DNA of 64,000 nt from Bacteroidia bacterium. Its GTDB lineage: Bacteria > Bacteroidota > Bacteroidia > NS11-12g > UBA9320. This document shows, one piece after another, positions 19,466 through 28,900 of this stretch (the first letter of the stretch is position 1; the number at the start of each line of letters is the position of its first letter). The notes beneath the pieces were generated by a model. The model saw nothing but the letters and a program-made list of their open reading frames with translations. It did no database searches and had not been told where the DNA came from. The position numbers and the translations under genes were made by a program. The stretch lies in NCBI GenBank assembly GCA_965216465.1, contig CBDCFW010000004.1, positions 64,001-128,000 of the forward strand, given 5' to 3'.

Positions 19466-20583
19466 TGTTTTTTAACTTACAACACACCGACAAAGATTCT
19501 AAAGCTAGAGCAGGTGTTATAAAGACAGATCACGGCGTAATTGAAACGCCAATTTTTATGCCTGTTGGTACACAAGGCACCGTAAAGGCCGTCGATCAGG
19601 ATAAGCTTGTTGATGAAGTTAAGGCTGAAATCATCTTAGGTAACACCTATCATTTGTATCTTAGACCGGGGTTAGATATTATTAATCAAGCTGGAGGACT
19701 TCATAAATTTATTTCTTGGGATAAGCCCATATTAACCGACAGTGGAGGTTTTCAAGTCTACTCAATTTCTGATCAGCGTAAAATTACTGAGGAAGGAGTA
19801 ATCTTTAAGAGTCATATTGATGGAAGTAAAATATTGTTTACCCCAGAAAACGTGATGGATACTCAGCGTACTATTGGTGCCGATATTATTATGGCATTTG
19901 ATGAGTGTACGCCATATCCGGCAACTAAAGAATATGCAACAAATTCGATGCACATAACCCACCGCTGGTTAGATCGATGCATCAAACAATTTAGTGAAAC
20001 AGAGCCTTTGTATGGTTACAGTCAGCAATTGTTTCCGATTATACAAGGCAGTGTGTTCCCAGATTTGAGGTTACAAAGTACAGAATACTGTCTGAGTAAA
20101 GATACCGACGGTATTGCTATCGGAGGCCTTTCAGTAGGAGAACCACATGAAGATATGTATGCAATAACTGACCAAATTTGCAGCATAGTACCAAAAGAAA
20201 AACCGAGATATCTAATGGGTGTAGGAACGCCGGTTAACTTGTTGGAATGCATCAGTTTGGGCATTGATATGTTCGACTGTGTGATGCCTACTCGAAATGC
20301 GCGAAATGGCATGTTGTTCACCAAAAATGGTACAATGAATATGAAGAATCAAAAATGGGAAAATGATTTTTCGCCAATTGATGAAGAGCTAACGCCTAAA
20401 TACAGCAAAGCGTATTTACGTCATCTTTTCAAAGCGAAAGAATACTTAGCTGGGCAAATCGCCAGTGAACACAATTTAAAGTTCTATTTGTGGCTGGTAA
20501 AAGAAGCAAGAATGCATATCAAGAATAACACGTTTACCTCATGGAAGAATGAGATGGTTAATAAATTAGATCAGCGATTATGA
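19465..20583 (+). CDS. tgt: Queuine tRNA-ribosyltransferase
   Basis: TPIFMPVGT, NTYHL, TDSGGFQ, GGLSVGE, PRYLMGVG, DMFDCV.PTRNAR. Confidence 0.97.
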   Translation: MFFNLQHTDKDSKARAGVIKTDHGVIETPIFMPVGTQGTVKAVDQDKLVDEVKAEIILGNTYHLYLRPGLDIINQAGGLHKFISWDKPILTDSGGFQVYSISDQRKITEEGVIFKSHIDGSKILFTPENVMDTQRTIGADIIMAFDECTPYPATKEYATNSMHITHRWLDRCIKQFSETEPLYGYSQQLFPIIQGSVFPDLRLQSTEYCLSKDTDGIAIGGLSVGEPHEDMYAITDQICSIVPKEKPRYLMGVGTPVNLLECISLGIDMFDCVMPTRNARNGMLFTKNGTMNMKNQKWENDFSPIDEELTPKYSKAYLRHLFKAKEYLAGQIASEHNLKFYLWLVKEARMHIKNNTFTSWKNEMVNKLDQRL

Positions 20584-20933
20584 TTTCAGATATATATAAA
20601 AGAACAAAATTACTCAGCAAAACATGCTTAAAGATAGCTTTGGTTCTTCCTCATGATGTTGCTTTGTGCAATTTAGTAAGAGGGCATTTAATTGACCGTG
20701 CAACCGATATGGCCATTAAATCGAAGGGCTTAATGGTGACTCAGCACCCCGATTACTTTATTAAAAAGCTAAGCGATGCAAAAGAAGCGACTGACGGCTG
20801 TCAATATTGGTTAGAGCTTATTAAAGATGAAGAATATCTGGATTCTCATATTATTAATCCAATATTAGAGGAAAGCGAAGCTGTTTCTAATTTATTTGCA
20901 TTAGCTATTCGAAAGATTAAGCCAAATTATTAA
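20580..20933 (+). CDS. Four-helix-bundle protein (23S rRNA IVP / TIGR02436-like), divergent
   Basis: 117 aa; FIKKL..AKEA....YWLELI..E.Y..LEES pattern. Confidence 0.75.
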   Translation: MISDIYKRTKLLSKTCLKIALVLPHDVALCNLVRGHLIDRATDMAIKSKGLMVTQHPDYFIKKLSDAKEATDGCQYWLELIKDEEYLDSHIINPILEESEAVSNLFALAIRKIKPNY

Positions 20934-20939
20934 TAAGCG

Positions 20940-22022
20940 GTGAAGCTCACTAAAATCGACTTATATATCATTAAGCGTTTTATTGGTGCCTTTTTATTGG
21001 CACTTGGGCTTTTTACGGTAATCATTATTGTATTCGATCTCGCTGAAAAAATCGAAGATTTTATTGGAAATGAAGCTCCATTTAACGAGGTGATTTTTGA
21101 CTATTATGTAAACTGGGTTCCGTTCTTACTGAATCTGTTTAGTCCGGTTTTCGTATTTATTTCGGTAATATTCTTTACATCCAAAATGGCTCAAAAATCA
21201 GAAATCATAGCCATTTTAGCTGGAGGTGTTTCGTACAAACGACTATTGGTACCCTATATACTTACAGGAGTTTTCTTAGCAGCATTTTCGTTTACTCTTT
21301 CTGCATGGATAATTCCAAAGGCAGATAAAACTCGGGTTAAGTTTGAGAATACTTATATCAGAGATCGCTCAAACTATAAAATGTTGTCTATCAAACGACA
21401 AATTGAGCCTGGAGTAATCATGACGTTAGGAAACTTTGCAATAATGGATAGCTCAGGATACCGATTCAATCTTGAGCATATAGAGAATGGAGAAATAAGG
21501 TCAAAACTTTCAGCAGACCGAATTGCTTGGAACGATAAAACAAATAAATGGAAACTGTCAAACTACTGGATTAGGGAGTTTATTGATGGAATGGAAATCA
21601 TCACAAAAGGAAGTACACTAGATACGATGATTAACTTTAATCCTGAAGATTTTTTCAGAAAGAATGACGACGTTCAAATGTTCAATCTTAAAGAACTGGA
21701 TGCCATGATTCGTATGGAGGAAATGACGGGAACAGGCAATACGTTCTTTTATACAACAGAAAAATACAAGCGTTTTTCGTCACCTTTTGCTATTATCATT
21801 CTGACCATCATTGGGGTGTCTGTAGCATCTAAAAAGACCAGAGGAGGAATTGGCTTAAATCTTGGAATTGGACTGCTTTTAAGCTTTACCTTTTTAATCG
21901 TAATGCAGTTTTTCTTGGCCTATGGCACAAGCGGTACAATGCCTCCAATAATAGCAGTTTGGCTCCCTAATATAATATTCGGGGGCATTGCTTACGCAAT
22001 GTATAAATTTGCCCAGAAGTAA
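20940..22022 (+). CDS. LptF/LptG-family LPS export permease
   Basis: ID.YIIKRF, SEIIAILAGGVS, 3+3 TM helices, W.PNIIF. Confidence 0.92.
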   Translation: MKLTKIDLYIIKRFIGAFLLALGLFTVIIIVFDLAEKIEDFIGNEAPFNEVIFDYYVNWVPFLLNLFSPVFVFISVIFFTSKMAQKSEIIAILAGGVSYKRLLVPYILTGVFLAAFSFTLSAWIIPKADKTRVKFENTYIRDRSNYKMLSIKRQIEPGVIMTLGNFAIMDSSGYRFNLEHIENGEIRSKLSADRIAWNDKTNKWKLSNYWIREFIDGMEIITKGSTLDTMINFNPEDFFRKNDDVQMFNLKELDAMIRMEEMTGTGNTFFYTTEKYKRFSSPFAIIILTIIGVSVASKKTRGGIGLNLGIGLLLSFTFLIVMQFFLAYGTSGTMPPIIAVWLPNIIFGGIAYAMYKFAQK

Positions 22023-22720
22023 TGATGGAGATGGATATACAAGAAGGTGGGTTCTTACTCATTGATAAGCCGTTGGAATGGACAAGTTTTGATGTCGTTA
22101 AAAAACTGCGGAACATCTCTAAAATTAAAAAGATAGGCCACGCAGGAACGCTCGACCCTTTAGCAACTGGATTGTTAATTGTGTGCTATGGAAAGTATAC
22201 CAAGAAAATAGAATTTCTTCAAGCAAAGGAAAAGGCTTATGAAGGTACTTTTGAGCTGGGAAAAACAACTCCTTCGTTTGATTTAGAAACGGATGTGGAT
22301 GGGGAGTTTCCAACCAAACACATTACTACCGACCTTGTTTACGATGCAGTAGATCAGTTTAAAGGTGACATCGTGCAAATTCCGCCGCAGCATTCCGCGG
22401 TAAAAATTAATGGCCGACGAGCATACAAGGATGCCAGAAAGGGCAAAAAAGTTGAACTGAAGTCAAGAAACGTCAATGTTTCAAAATATGATGTTGAGCT
22501 CGATACCTTACCAACAGTAAAATTCAATATTGTATGCAGCAAGGGAACATACATTAGGTCGCTTGCACGTGATTTAGGTAAGGCCTTGGATAGTGGTGCA
22601 TATATGTCTTCCCTTAGGCGAACAAGAATTGGGGAGTATGATGTTAACAACGCTGTTCAAATCTCCGACCTAAAAACCCCAGAGGATTTCTTTAAACTTG
22701 CCATTCAACTCAAGGATTGA
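22022..22720 (+). CDS. truB: tRNA pseudouridine(55) synthase
   Basis: DKPLEWTSFDVV, GHAGTLDPLATG, CSKGTYIRSLARD. Confidence 0.97.
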   Translation: MMEMDIQEGGFLLIDKPLEWTSFDVVKKLRNISKIKKIGHAGTLDPLATGLLIVCYGKYTKKIEFLQAKEKAYEGTFELGKTTPSFDLETDVDGEFPTKHITTDLVYDAVDQFKGDIVQIPPQHSAVKINGRRAYKDARKGKKVELKSRNVNVSKYDVELDTLPTVKFNIVCSKGTYIRSLARDLGKALDSGAYMSSLRRTRIGEYDVNNAVQISDLKTPEDFFKLAIQLKD

Positions 22721-23646
22721 AAGTAATACACGACATAACCGAGTTTAACCCTCAAAAGCCAATCGTTTTAACTCAAGGCACTTTTGACGGTGTGCACATT
22801 GGTCATCAAAAAATACTGAAACAGGTTGTTGAAGAAGCCAAAAGCATTGGTGGTGAGAGTGTATTGTTGACTTTCTACCCGCATCCAAGATTGGTACTGT
22901 ATCCAGACGACAACGATTTAAAGTTGTTGACCACAATCGAAGAGAAGGTAGAAATAGTTGAAGAAATTGGAATTGACTACGTCATCATTATGCCCTTCAC
23001 TAAAGACCTCAGTCGATTACGTGCAGATGAGTTTGTTCGTGAAATTTTAGTAAATCAATTGAGCGTAAATAAGCTGATTATTGGATACGATCATCGTTTT
23101 GGAAGAAATAGGGAAGGAGGATTGAAAGAAATGATCCAAATTTCAGAATCATTTGGCTTTGAAGTCTTAGAAATTCCGGCTCAAGATATCGAAAGCAGTA
23201 TCGTAAGCTCTACCAAAATTCGTAATGCATTGCTTGCTGGCAATGTAACCACTGCTAAAAGCTATTTAGGAAGTCCATATACACTAACAGGAAGAGTAGA
23301 AGGAGGCATTCAGAAAGGAACAGAAATTGGATACCCCACAGCGAACGTTCGAGTGAATAGTTCGTTCAAACTCATCCCAGAAAATGGGGTTTACGCAGTT
23401 TGGGTAGTTATTGGTGGAAAAAAATATGGGGGAATGCTCAATATAGGATACAATCCTACGTTTATAAACAAGCAATGGAGTATAGAAGTTCATATTTTTG
23501 AGTTTTCTAAAAACATTTACAACCAAGAAATAACAATAGAATTTGTTGCAAGAACTAGGGATGAAAGGAAATACGAAAACATTTCAGACCTAATAAAGCA
23601 ATTGGAATTAGATGAGACTGAAATTAGAGAAATACTTGAGATGTAG
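22717..23646 (+). CDS. ribF: Riboflavin kinase / FAD synthetase
   Basis: GTFDGVHIGH, GYDHRFG, SSTKIR, GYPTAN, NIG.NPT. Confidence 0.97.
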   Translation: MKVIHDITEFNPQKPIVLTQGTFDGVHIGHQKILKQVVEEAKSIGGESVLLTFYPHPRLVLYPDDNDLKLLTTIEEKVEIVEEIGIDYVIIMPFTKDLSRLRADEFVREILVNQLSVNKLIIGYDHRFGRNREGGLKEMIQISESFGFEVLEIPAQDIESSIVSSTKIRNALLAGNVTTAKSYLGSPYTLTGRVEGGIQKGTEIGYPTANVRVNSSFKLIPENGVYAVWVVIGGKKYGGMLNIGYNPTFINKQWSIEVHIFEFSKNIYNQEITIEFVARTRDERKYENISDLIKQLELDETEIREILEM

Positions 23647-24466
23647 TGTATTAGCAATTGTTGCTAGTTTAACCTTGTTTGCCGCCTTGGCTCAGACTAC
23701 AAGTGAAATTGTTCCTGAATCAATTGGCTTCGACCGTAACTTAATCCCTGCAAAAAGCATTTATGGCAATTCGTGGGACTCTTTGCACGTCGACAGTCCG
23801 TTTTTTGATAAGAAAAGAATTGCATTCGGCTTTTACCTCGATCTTGTGGAGGATGGATGTGAATATTTTCATCCTTTCGATGGAGTTGTGACCTCTAAGT
23901 TTGGTTGGAGAAGAGGTAGAATGCACAAAGGCATTGATATCGATTTAGAAATTGGAGATCCGGTATATGCTGCTTTTGACGGTGTTGTTCGCATTGCAAA
24001 ATACAATGCAGGAGGTTTTGGAAATTATGTGATGATTCGTCACTACAATGGTTTAGAGACGATTTATGCCCATTTCTCTGAGTCTATTGTAGTTCGAAAT
24101 CAAACTGTTCGTGCAGGTCAGATTATCGGTTACGGTGGAAGTACTGGAAGAAGTACAGGTTCTCATCTACACTTTGAAACACGTTTTTTAGGCCAAGCAT
24201 TTGACCCCACAAAAATTATCGACTTTAATACCTTCTGCTTGAAAGAGAAACAAGTCTTCTTAAATCATACTTGGTTCCCATATATCTCTAAAACAGGTAC
24301 ATCCGTTCGTCCAGTAACTAAGCGCGTGTATCACAAAATTAGAAGTGGAGATACACTATATGGCTTATCGAGAAGGTATGGCGTAAGTGTAAATCAAATA
24401 TGCAGACTTAACGGCATTAGTCGAACCACAATTCTTCGAATTGGTAGGACACTCAGAATTCGTTAG
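23612..24466 (+). CDS. M23-family peptidase with C-terminal LysM
   Basis: HKGID, YAH, GSTGRSTGSHLHFE; YHKIRSGDTLYGLSRRYG. Confidence 0.93.
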   Translation: MRLKLEKYLRCSVLAIVASLTLFAALAQTTSEIVPESIGFDRNLIPAKSIYGNSWDSLHVDSPFFDKKRIAFGFYLDLVEDGCEYFHPFDGVVTSKFGWRRGRMHKGIDIDLEIGDPVYAAFDGVVRIAKYNAGGFGNYVMIRHYNGLETIYAHFSESIVVRNQTVRAGQIIGYGGSTGRSTGSHLHFETRFLGQAFDPTKIIDFNTFCLKEKQVFLNHTWFPYISKTGTSVRPVTKRVYHKIRSGDTLYGLSRRYGVSVNQICRLNGISRTTILRIGRTLRIR

Positions 24467-25038
24467 TGAAATTCAAACGTGTTGATAGTGTGGATTATAT
24501 CCGCATTCAAAAACTGATAAATGGGTAGAACGCTATCGCGTGATGTTTTCTCATTAAAGTAGAAAGATCCCCTAAAAAAGTGTTGGATGCCATCGGTGAG
24601 GTAAAAGTTCAATGGAGTGGCAGTTTTACCCTCCAAATCGTAAATCATTCCATAGAAACCCTTTGTGGTATCTGAAAGATCACGCTCGATAATTTCTTCG
24701 GCTACCCGAATGTGTTTGTGAGCAAGTTGGTATGCATCTTCACCTAGACTATCAAGTTCTTGAGTAGTACTAAACGGAATATAGCTTAAGTGTAATGTTG
24801 CGTTAAAAGGCTTGTAGTTTAAATTAAACCAACATGGCTTGTCTTCGTATTTGTACCGTTCCAATTCACTGTATACGGGTATCTCAAAACTGAATGGACA
24901 ATCTGCTTCAATAGCCTTGTACTCCTTTTTTGGGTACATAACGCGCGGGTATGCTTTAGGCTTAGGAGTATAGGAGTTACAAGATGCAATCAAAAATCCT
25001 AGAACTAGGATTATTAAACTATTATTCTTCATCTTCAT
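24463..25038 (-). CDS. gldD: Gliding motility lipoprotein GldD
   Basis: Lipobox LIASC, PKPK.YPR, CPFSF, FYLTD...HF.RGS.YF; follows gldE. Confidence 0.92.
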   Translation of the reverse strand: MKMKNNSLIILVLGFLIASCNSYTPKPKAYPRVMYPKKEYKAIEADCPFSFEIPVYSELERYKYEDKPCWFNLNYKPFNATLHLSYIPFSTTQELDSLGEDAYQLAHKHIRVAEEIIERDLSDTTKGFYGMIYDLEGKTATPLNFYLTDGIQHFFRGSFYFNEKTSRDSVLPIYQFLNADIIHTINTFEFH

Positions 25039-26425
25039 TTACGTCGACTACAACAGGTTTAATATGAATTTTAACACGTTTTATTCTTCTGCTGTCTGCA
25101 GACTCTACTGTAAACGTAAGATTCTCATAGTTTATTTCAGCTCCTTTTTGAGGAATCTCCTCTTCAATTTCCATTACTAGACCACCAAGCGTATCAGCAT
25201 CTCCTCGAACATCGTCAAAGAAAGCATTATCGAGGTCTAAAATTTTGATGATGTCGTTTAGAGCTGTCTTTCCTTCAAAAACAAAGGTAGAATTATCCAG
25301 TTTCGAATAAGAAAGTTCTTCTTCGTCAAACTCATCTTTGATTTCGCCAAACACTTCTTCCAAAATGTCTTCCATGGTCACAATCCCACTTGTGCCTCCA
25401 TATTCGTCTACCACAACGGCCAGATGTACTCTTTTTTCTTGAAACTCTTCGAGAAGGTCGTCAATCTTTTTGTGTTCAGGAACAAAGAATGCAGGACGAA
25501 TAAGCTCCTGCCAATCAAAGTTGGTTTTTTTATGAATGTATGGAAGGAGATCTTTGATGTACAAGATTCCTTTTACCTGATCAAAGCCATCCTCATAAAC
25601 CGGAATACGGCTATAATTCCAACCCATAATTGTCTTTAAGAGTTGCTGAGCATCTGTTTTTATGTCGATGCAAAACACTTCAGTTCGAGCTTTCATGATT
25701 TGTTTTACGCTCGTGTTTCCAAAGTTTATTATACTTTTTAGGATGTGTTTTTCTTCAATCTCCTTGTTCTCATCTGCAATGTCAATTGCCTGACTGAGCT
25801 CTTCCATTGAAATATTGTGCAAACGCTTTTTAAGGTGTTTGTCGAACAACGAAGAACTTGCTGCAAGCATCAAGACAATAGGCTTAAAGATGGTGTAACA
25901 TATACTCAGAGGACGAGCCATGAGCCTCACTATTTGCAAGTTGTTTTGTGTAGCGTATATCTTCGGGATTATTTCTCCCATAAGCACAAGAAGGAAGGTT
26001 ATTAATACAACCTGAATGAGGAAATTGGGATCAATTGTAAATAATGCGGTTTCAATATCATGAAACGTAAAAAGCTTCTCAAAAAGGTAAGATGAGTAAA
26101 TAACAATGAAGATGTTAATCAGGTTATTCATCAACAAAATAGTGGCCAATAACCGCCGTGTTCCAACTTTTCTGTTGGGTTCGTTAATGAGATCTATAGC
26201 GATTTTTGAAGCTGGGGAATTCTCTTCATTCAGTAAAACTAGGTCATTTGGTGACAAGCTAAAGAATGCATTTTCTGAGCTAGAAAAAAGAGCAGAAAGG
26301 CCTAAAAAAACAAGAATTATTGCAAGTCCGATGAGTCCTGTAACCAACGAAGGACCAAAATCCATATTCAGGATGGACTCGAGAAGAATAAAACTCTGTT
26401 GATAGGGTTCAGAATCAGTTGTCAA
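25022..26425 (-). CDS. gldE: Gliding motility-associated protein GldE (CNNM/CBS/CorC)
   Basis: SALFSSSE.AFFSL, GEIIPK, YSRIPVY, VVDEYGGTSG; ssb-gldE-gldD order. Confidence 0.92.
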   Translation of the reverse strand: MTTDSEPYQQSFILLESILNMDFGPSLVTGLIGLAIILVFLGLSALFSSSENAFFSLSPNDLVLLNEENSPASKIAIDLINEPNRKVGTRRLLATILLMNNLINIFIVIYSSYLFEKLFTFHDIETALFTIDPNFLIQVVLITFLLVLMGEIIPKIYATQNNLQIVRLMARPLSICYTIFKPIVLMLAASSSLFDKHLKKRLHNISMEELSQAIDIADENKEIEEKHILKSIINFGNTSVKQIMKARTEVFCIDIKTDAQQLLKTIMGWNYSRIPVYEDGFDQVKGILYIKDLLPYIHKKTNFDWQELIRPAFFVPEHKKIDDLLEEFQEKRVHLAVVVDEYGGTSGIVTMEDILEEVFGEIKDEFDEEELSYSKLDNSTFVFEGKTALNDIIKILDLDNAFFDDVRGDADTLGGLVMEIEEEIPQKGAEINYENLTFTVESADSRRIKRVKIHIKPVVVDVNEDEE

Positions 26426-26439
26426 TTTTCAAATATTAG

Positions 26440-26886
26440 TTAAAACGGTAAATCGTCGTCCCCTTCGTCCAATATATCGCCCATGGCTACCTCGTTATGT
26501 TTTTCGACATTTTTAGCCACTTCTTTATTTTGAGGTGCTGCAGCAGGTGGTTGTCCTCCGCCAGAAGCACGATCAAGCATGTTCATAGTATTCACACGAA
26601 TTCGAGTAGTGTAACGCTTTACTCCATCTTTCTCCCACTCTTCTGTTTTCAGCTTTCCTTCAACGTAAACCAGTGATCCTTTACGTAGGTATTTTTCAGC
26701 GACTTTAGCCAATCCATCCCACATCTCGAGATTATGCCATTCTGTTTGCTCAACTTTATTGCCGTTACGGTCTGTGTATCTCTCGTTGGTGGCAATGGTT
26801 AGATTTGCAACTGCTCTGTTTTGATCTAAATATCTAACCTCAGGGTCTTTGCCTAGATGACCTACCAATATTACTTTGTTAATCAT
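26440..26886 (-). CDS. ssb: Single-stranded DNA-binding protein
   Basis: [20 protein letters not shown]-terminal DDDLPF. Confidence 0.98.
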   Translation of the reverse strand: MINKVILVGHLGKDPEVRYLDQNRAVANLTIATNERYTDRNGNKVEQTEWHNLEMWDGLAKVAEKYLRKGSLVYVEGKLKTEEWEKDGVKRYTTRIRVNTMNMLDRASGGGQPPAAAPQNKEVAKNVEKHNEVAMGDILDEGDDDLPF

Positions 26887-27922
26887 TTGATATTCTGTGT
26901 GTTAAGTATTTTGATGTGAGTGCTGAAGTTGGGTACTTATTAGCAAGCTCATCAATTCCTATTTCAAATATATCGTTTTTCAAAAACTTTGGTTTTTGAG
27001 ATAGCTTGAATGTGTAAAAGTTCGCATAAATTTTACGGTGCGACAACAGATGGGTTGCCTCATATTTTGACATAAATTCAAGCTTTTGAGCTTTGAGAAT
27101 CTTGCCAGTATTAGGTAACTCATCTTTTGGTTTATGATCAGACTCTAAAAGTGGAAATTGGTACAGATTCTTCCAAATTCCTTCCGTTCTTTTTTGGATG
27201 TAAGTAGCGTTTTTATATTCGAAAATCAGATATGTGTGATAAATCTCCTTGACTGAGGTTTTAGATGACTTTTTTGGTAACGCAGAAGTCATATTTTGAG
27301 CATGACCCATGCAGCTGTTTTGTAGCGGACATACATCACAATTTGGATTTTTGGGTTTACAAACGAGCGACCCAAGTTCCATAATTGCCTGATTAAAAAT
27401 ATCGGGCTTTTTGGTGTCAAAAATTGAATCAACGGCTTCTCTTATTTTTCGTTTTCCTATGGGTTTGTCAATTGGGTCTTCAATACAAAAGAGACGAGAA
27501 ATTACCCGATAAACATTGCCATCAATTACGGGATGCGGGAGCTTAAATGCAAAGCTTGCAATTGCTGCTGCGGTGTAATCCCCAACTCCTTTTAAATTTC
27601 TGATATCTTGGTAGTTACTGGGAAATTCACCCTTCATTTGAAATCCAATTTCTTGAGCGGTATGATGCATGTTTCGAGCCCTTGAATAGTAGCCTAAACC
27701 TTGCCATAATCGAAGCACATCTTCTTCAGTTGCAGAGGCTAAATCTTCAATAGTTGGGAAGTGAGAAAGAAAGCTTTTGAAGTAGGGCAAAGCTTGTTCA
27801 ACTCGTGTTTGTTGAAGCATGATTTCAGACAGCCAAATAGGGTATGGATCTTGGGTTTGTCGCCAAGGCAGATTTCGGCTGTTTTTTCCATACCATTTTA
27901 TCAGTAACTCGCTTATTCTCAA
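26879..27922 (-). CDS. mutY: A/G-specific adenine glycosylase
   Basis: [26 protein letters not shown], HhH motif, CX6CX2CX5C Fe-S motif. Confidence 0.97.
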   Translation of the reverse strand: MRISELLIKWYGKNSRNLPWRQTQDPYPIWLSEIMLQQTRVEQALPYFKSFLSHFPTIEDLASATEEDVLRLWQGLGYYSRARNMHHTAQEIGFQMKGEFPSNYQDIRNLKGVGDYTAAAIASFAFKLPHPVIDGNVYRVISRLFCIEDPIDKPIGKRKIREAVDSIFDTKKPDIFNQAIMELGSLVCKPKNPNCDVCPLQNSCMGHAQNMTSALPKKSSKTSVKEIYHTYLIFEYKNATYIQKRTEGIWKNLYQFPLLESDHKPKDELPNTGKILKAQKLEFMSKYEATHLLSHRKIYANFYTFKLSQKPKFLKNDIFEIGIDELANKYPTSALTSKYLTHRISND

Positions 27923-28009
27923 AATATTTCTTCAAAAAAAAGACCAATAATCCAAAAATTGTTAAAAAAAAATTACATTTGCGTTCCAACTTATAAATCC
28001 TGATTACAA

Positions 28010-28288
28010 ATGACTAAAGCAGAAGTAGTTAACGAAATAGCAGAGCGCACTGGCGTAGAAAAAGCAGTTGTACAAGAAACCGTAGAAAGTTTCTTTAAAG
28101 TTGTTAAAGGTTCTATCGTCAATGGCGAGAATGTGTACTTCAGAGGATTTGGTAGTTTCGTGGTTCAAAGAAGAGCTCAAAAGATTGCGAGAAACATTTC
28201 TAAGAACACGCAAATCACAATCCCAGCACACAACATTCCTAAATTCAAACCAGCAAAGTCTTTCGTAGAAAAGGTCAAGAAGGGGTAA
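28010..28288 (+). CDS. HU/IHF-family DNA-binding protein
   Basis: MTKAE, RGFGSF, ARNI, P.FKP; TACATTTG promoter element at 27974-27981. Confidence 0.95.
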   Translation: MTKAEVVNEIAERTGVEKAVVQETVESFFKVVKGSIVNGENVYFRGFGSFVVQRRAQKIARNISKNTQITIPAHNIPKFKPAKSFVEKVKKG

Positions 28289-28304
28289 TTCATAGGATTA
28301 CGAA

Positions 28305-28769
28305 TTGAATAACAAAACCATCATCAATGCTGCGATTATCGTGGCAGGCATTTGCTTAGTAGGTTTACTAAGTTTCAAAGGTTGGAAATCATCAACTAAG
28401 CAAGTTGAATCTCACGATCATGCAACACATGATCATTCTGCAGACGAGGAAACTGCTCACAGCGAAGAGTCATCACTATCTCCTGAAGAACTCGATTTGG
28501 AAGTTGAATTGGCATTGGAAAACATCGCCAAGTACAGAGAGGAAGGGAATGTAGGTCTTATGATGGCTGAAGGTATTCAGAAGCTTTTAGCTGTTGTTCG
28601 ACAAGATCCAGATAATGTAAAAGCCAACTATCATCTGGGTTTATTTTCAATTGAATCAGGACAATTAGAAAAAGCTGAAAAAAGATTTGAAAAATTAGTA
28701 CTTTTGCAGCCCGAAAATCAGGAGTATCAAAAACTACTTTCTGATATTCGCAGCCAATTAGGAAAATAA
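28305..28769 (+). CDS. Membrane-anchored TPR protein
   Basis: N-terminal TM, His-rich linker, TPR DPDNVKANYHLG..GQLEKA..F..LV...P.N. Confidence 0.8.
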   Translation: MNNKTIINAAIIVAGICLVGLLSFKGWKSSTKQVESHDHATHDHSADEETAHSEESSLSPEELDLEVELALENIAKYREEGNVGLMMAEGIQKLLAVVRQDPDNVKANYHLGLFSIESGQLEKAEKRFEKLVLLQPENQEYQKLLSDIRSQLGK

Positions 28770-28790
28770 AAACTTTTAAAATATTCAATT

Positions 28791-28883
28791 ATGCCAAGCG
28801 GTAAAAAAAGAAAGAGACATAAAATTGCTACGCACAAGCGTAAAAAACGTCTGAGAAAAAACAGACACAAAAAGAAAAAATAA
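28791..28883 (+). CDS. 30-aa basic protein, ribosomal protein bS22 (AURKAIP1/COX24 family)
   Basis: Manual translation MPSGKKRKRHKIATHKRKKRLRKNRHKKKK*; below the ORF-track size cut-off. Confidence 0.9.
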   Translation: MPSGKKRKRHKIATHKRKKRLRKNRHKKKK

Positions 28884-28900
28884 TATCATCCTGACGAGAC

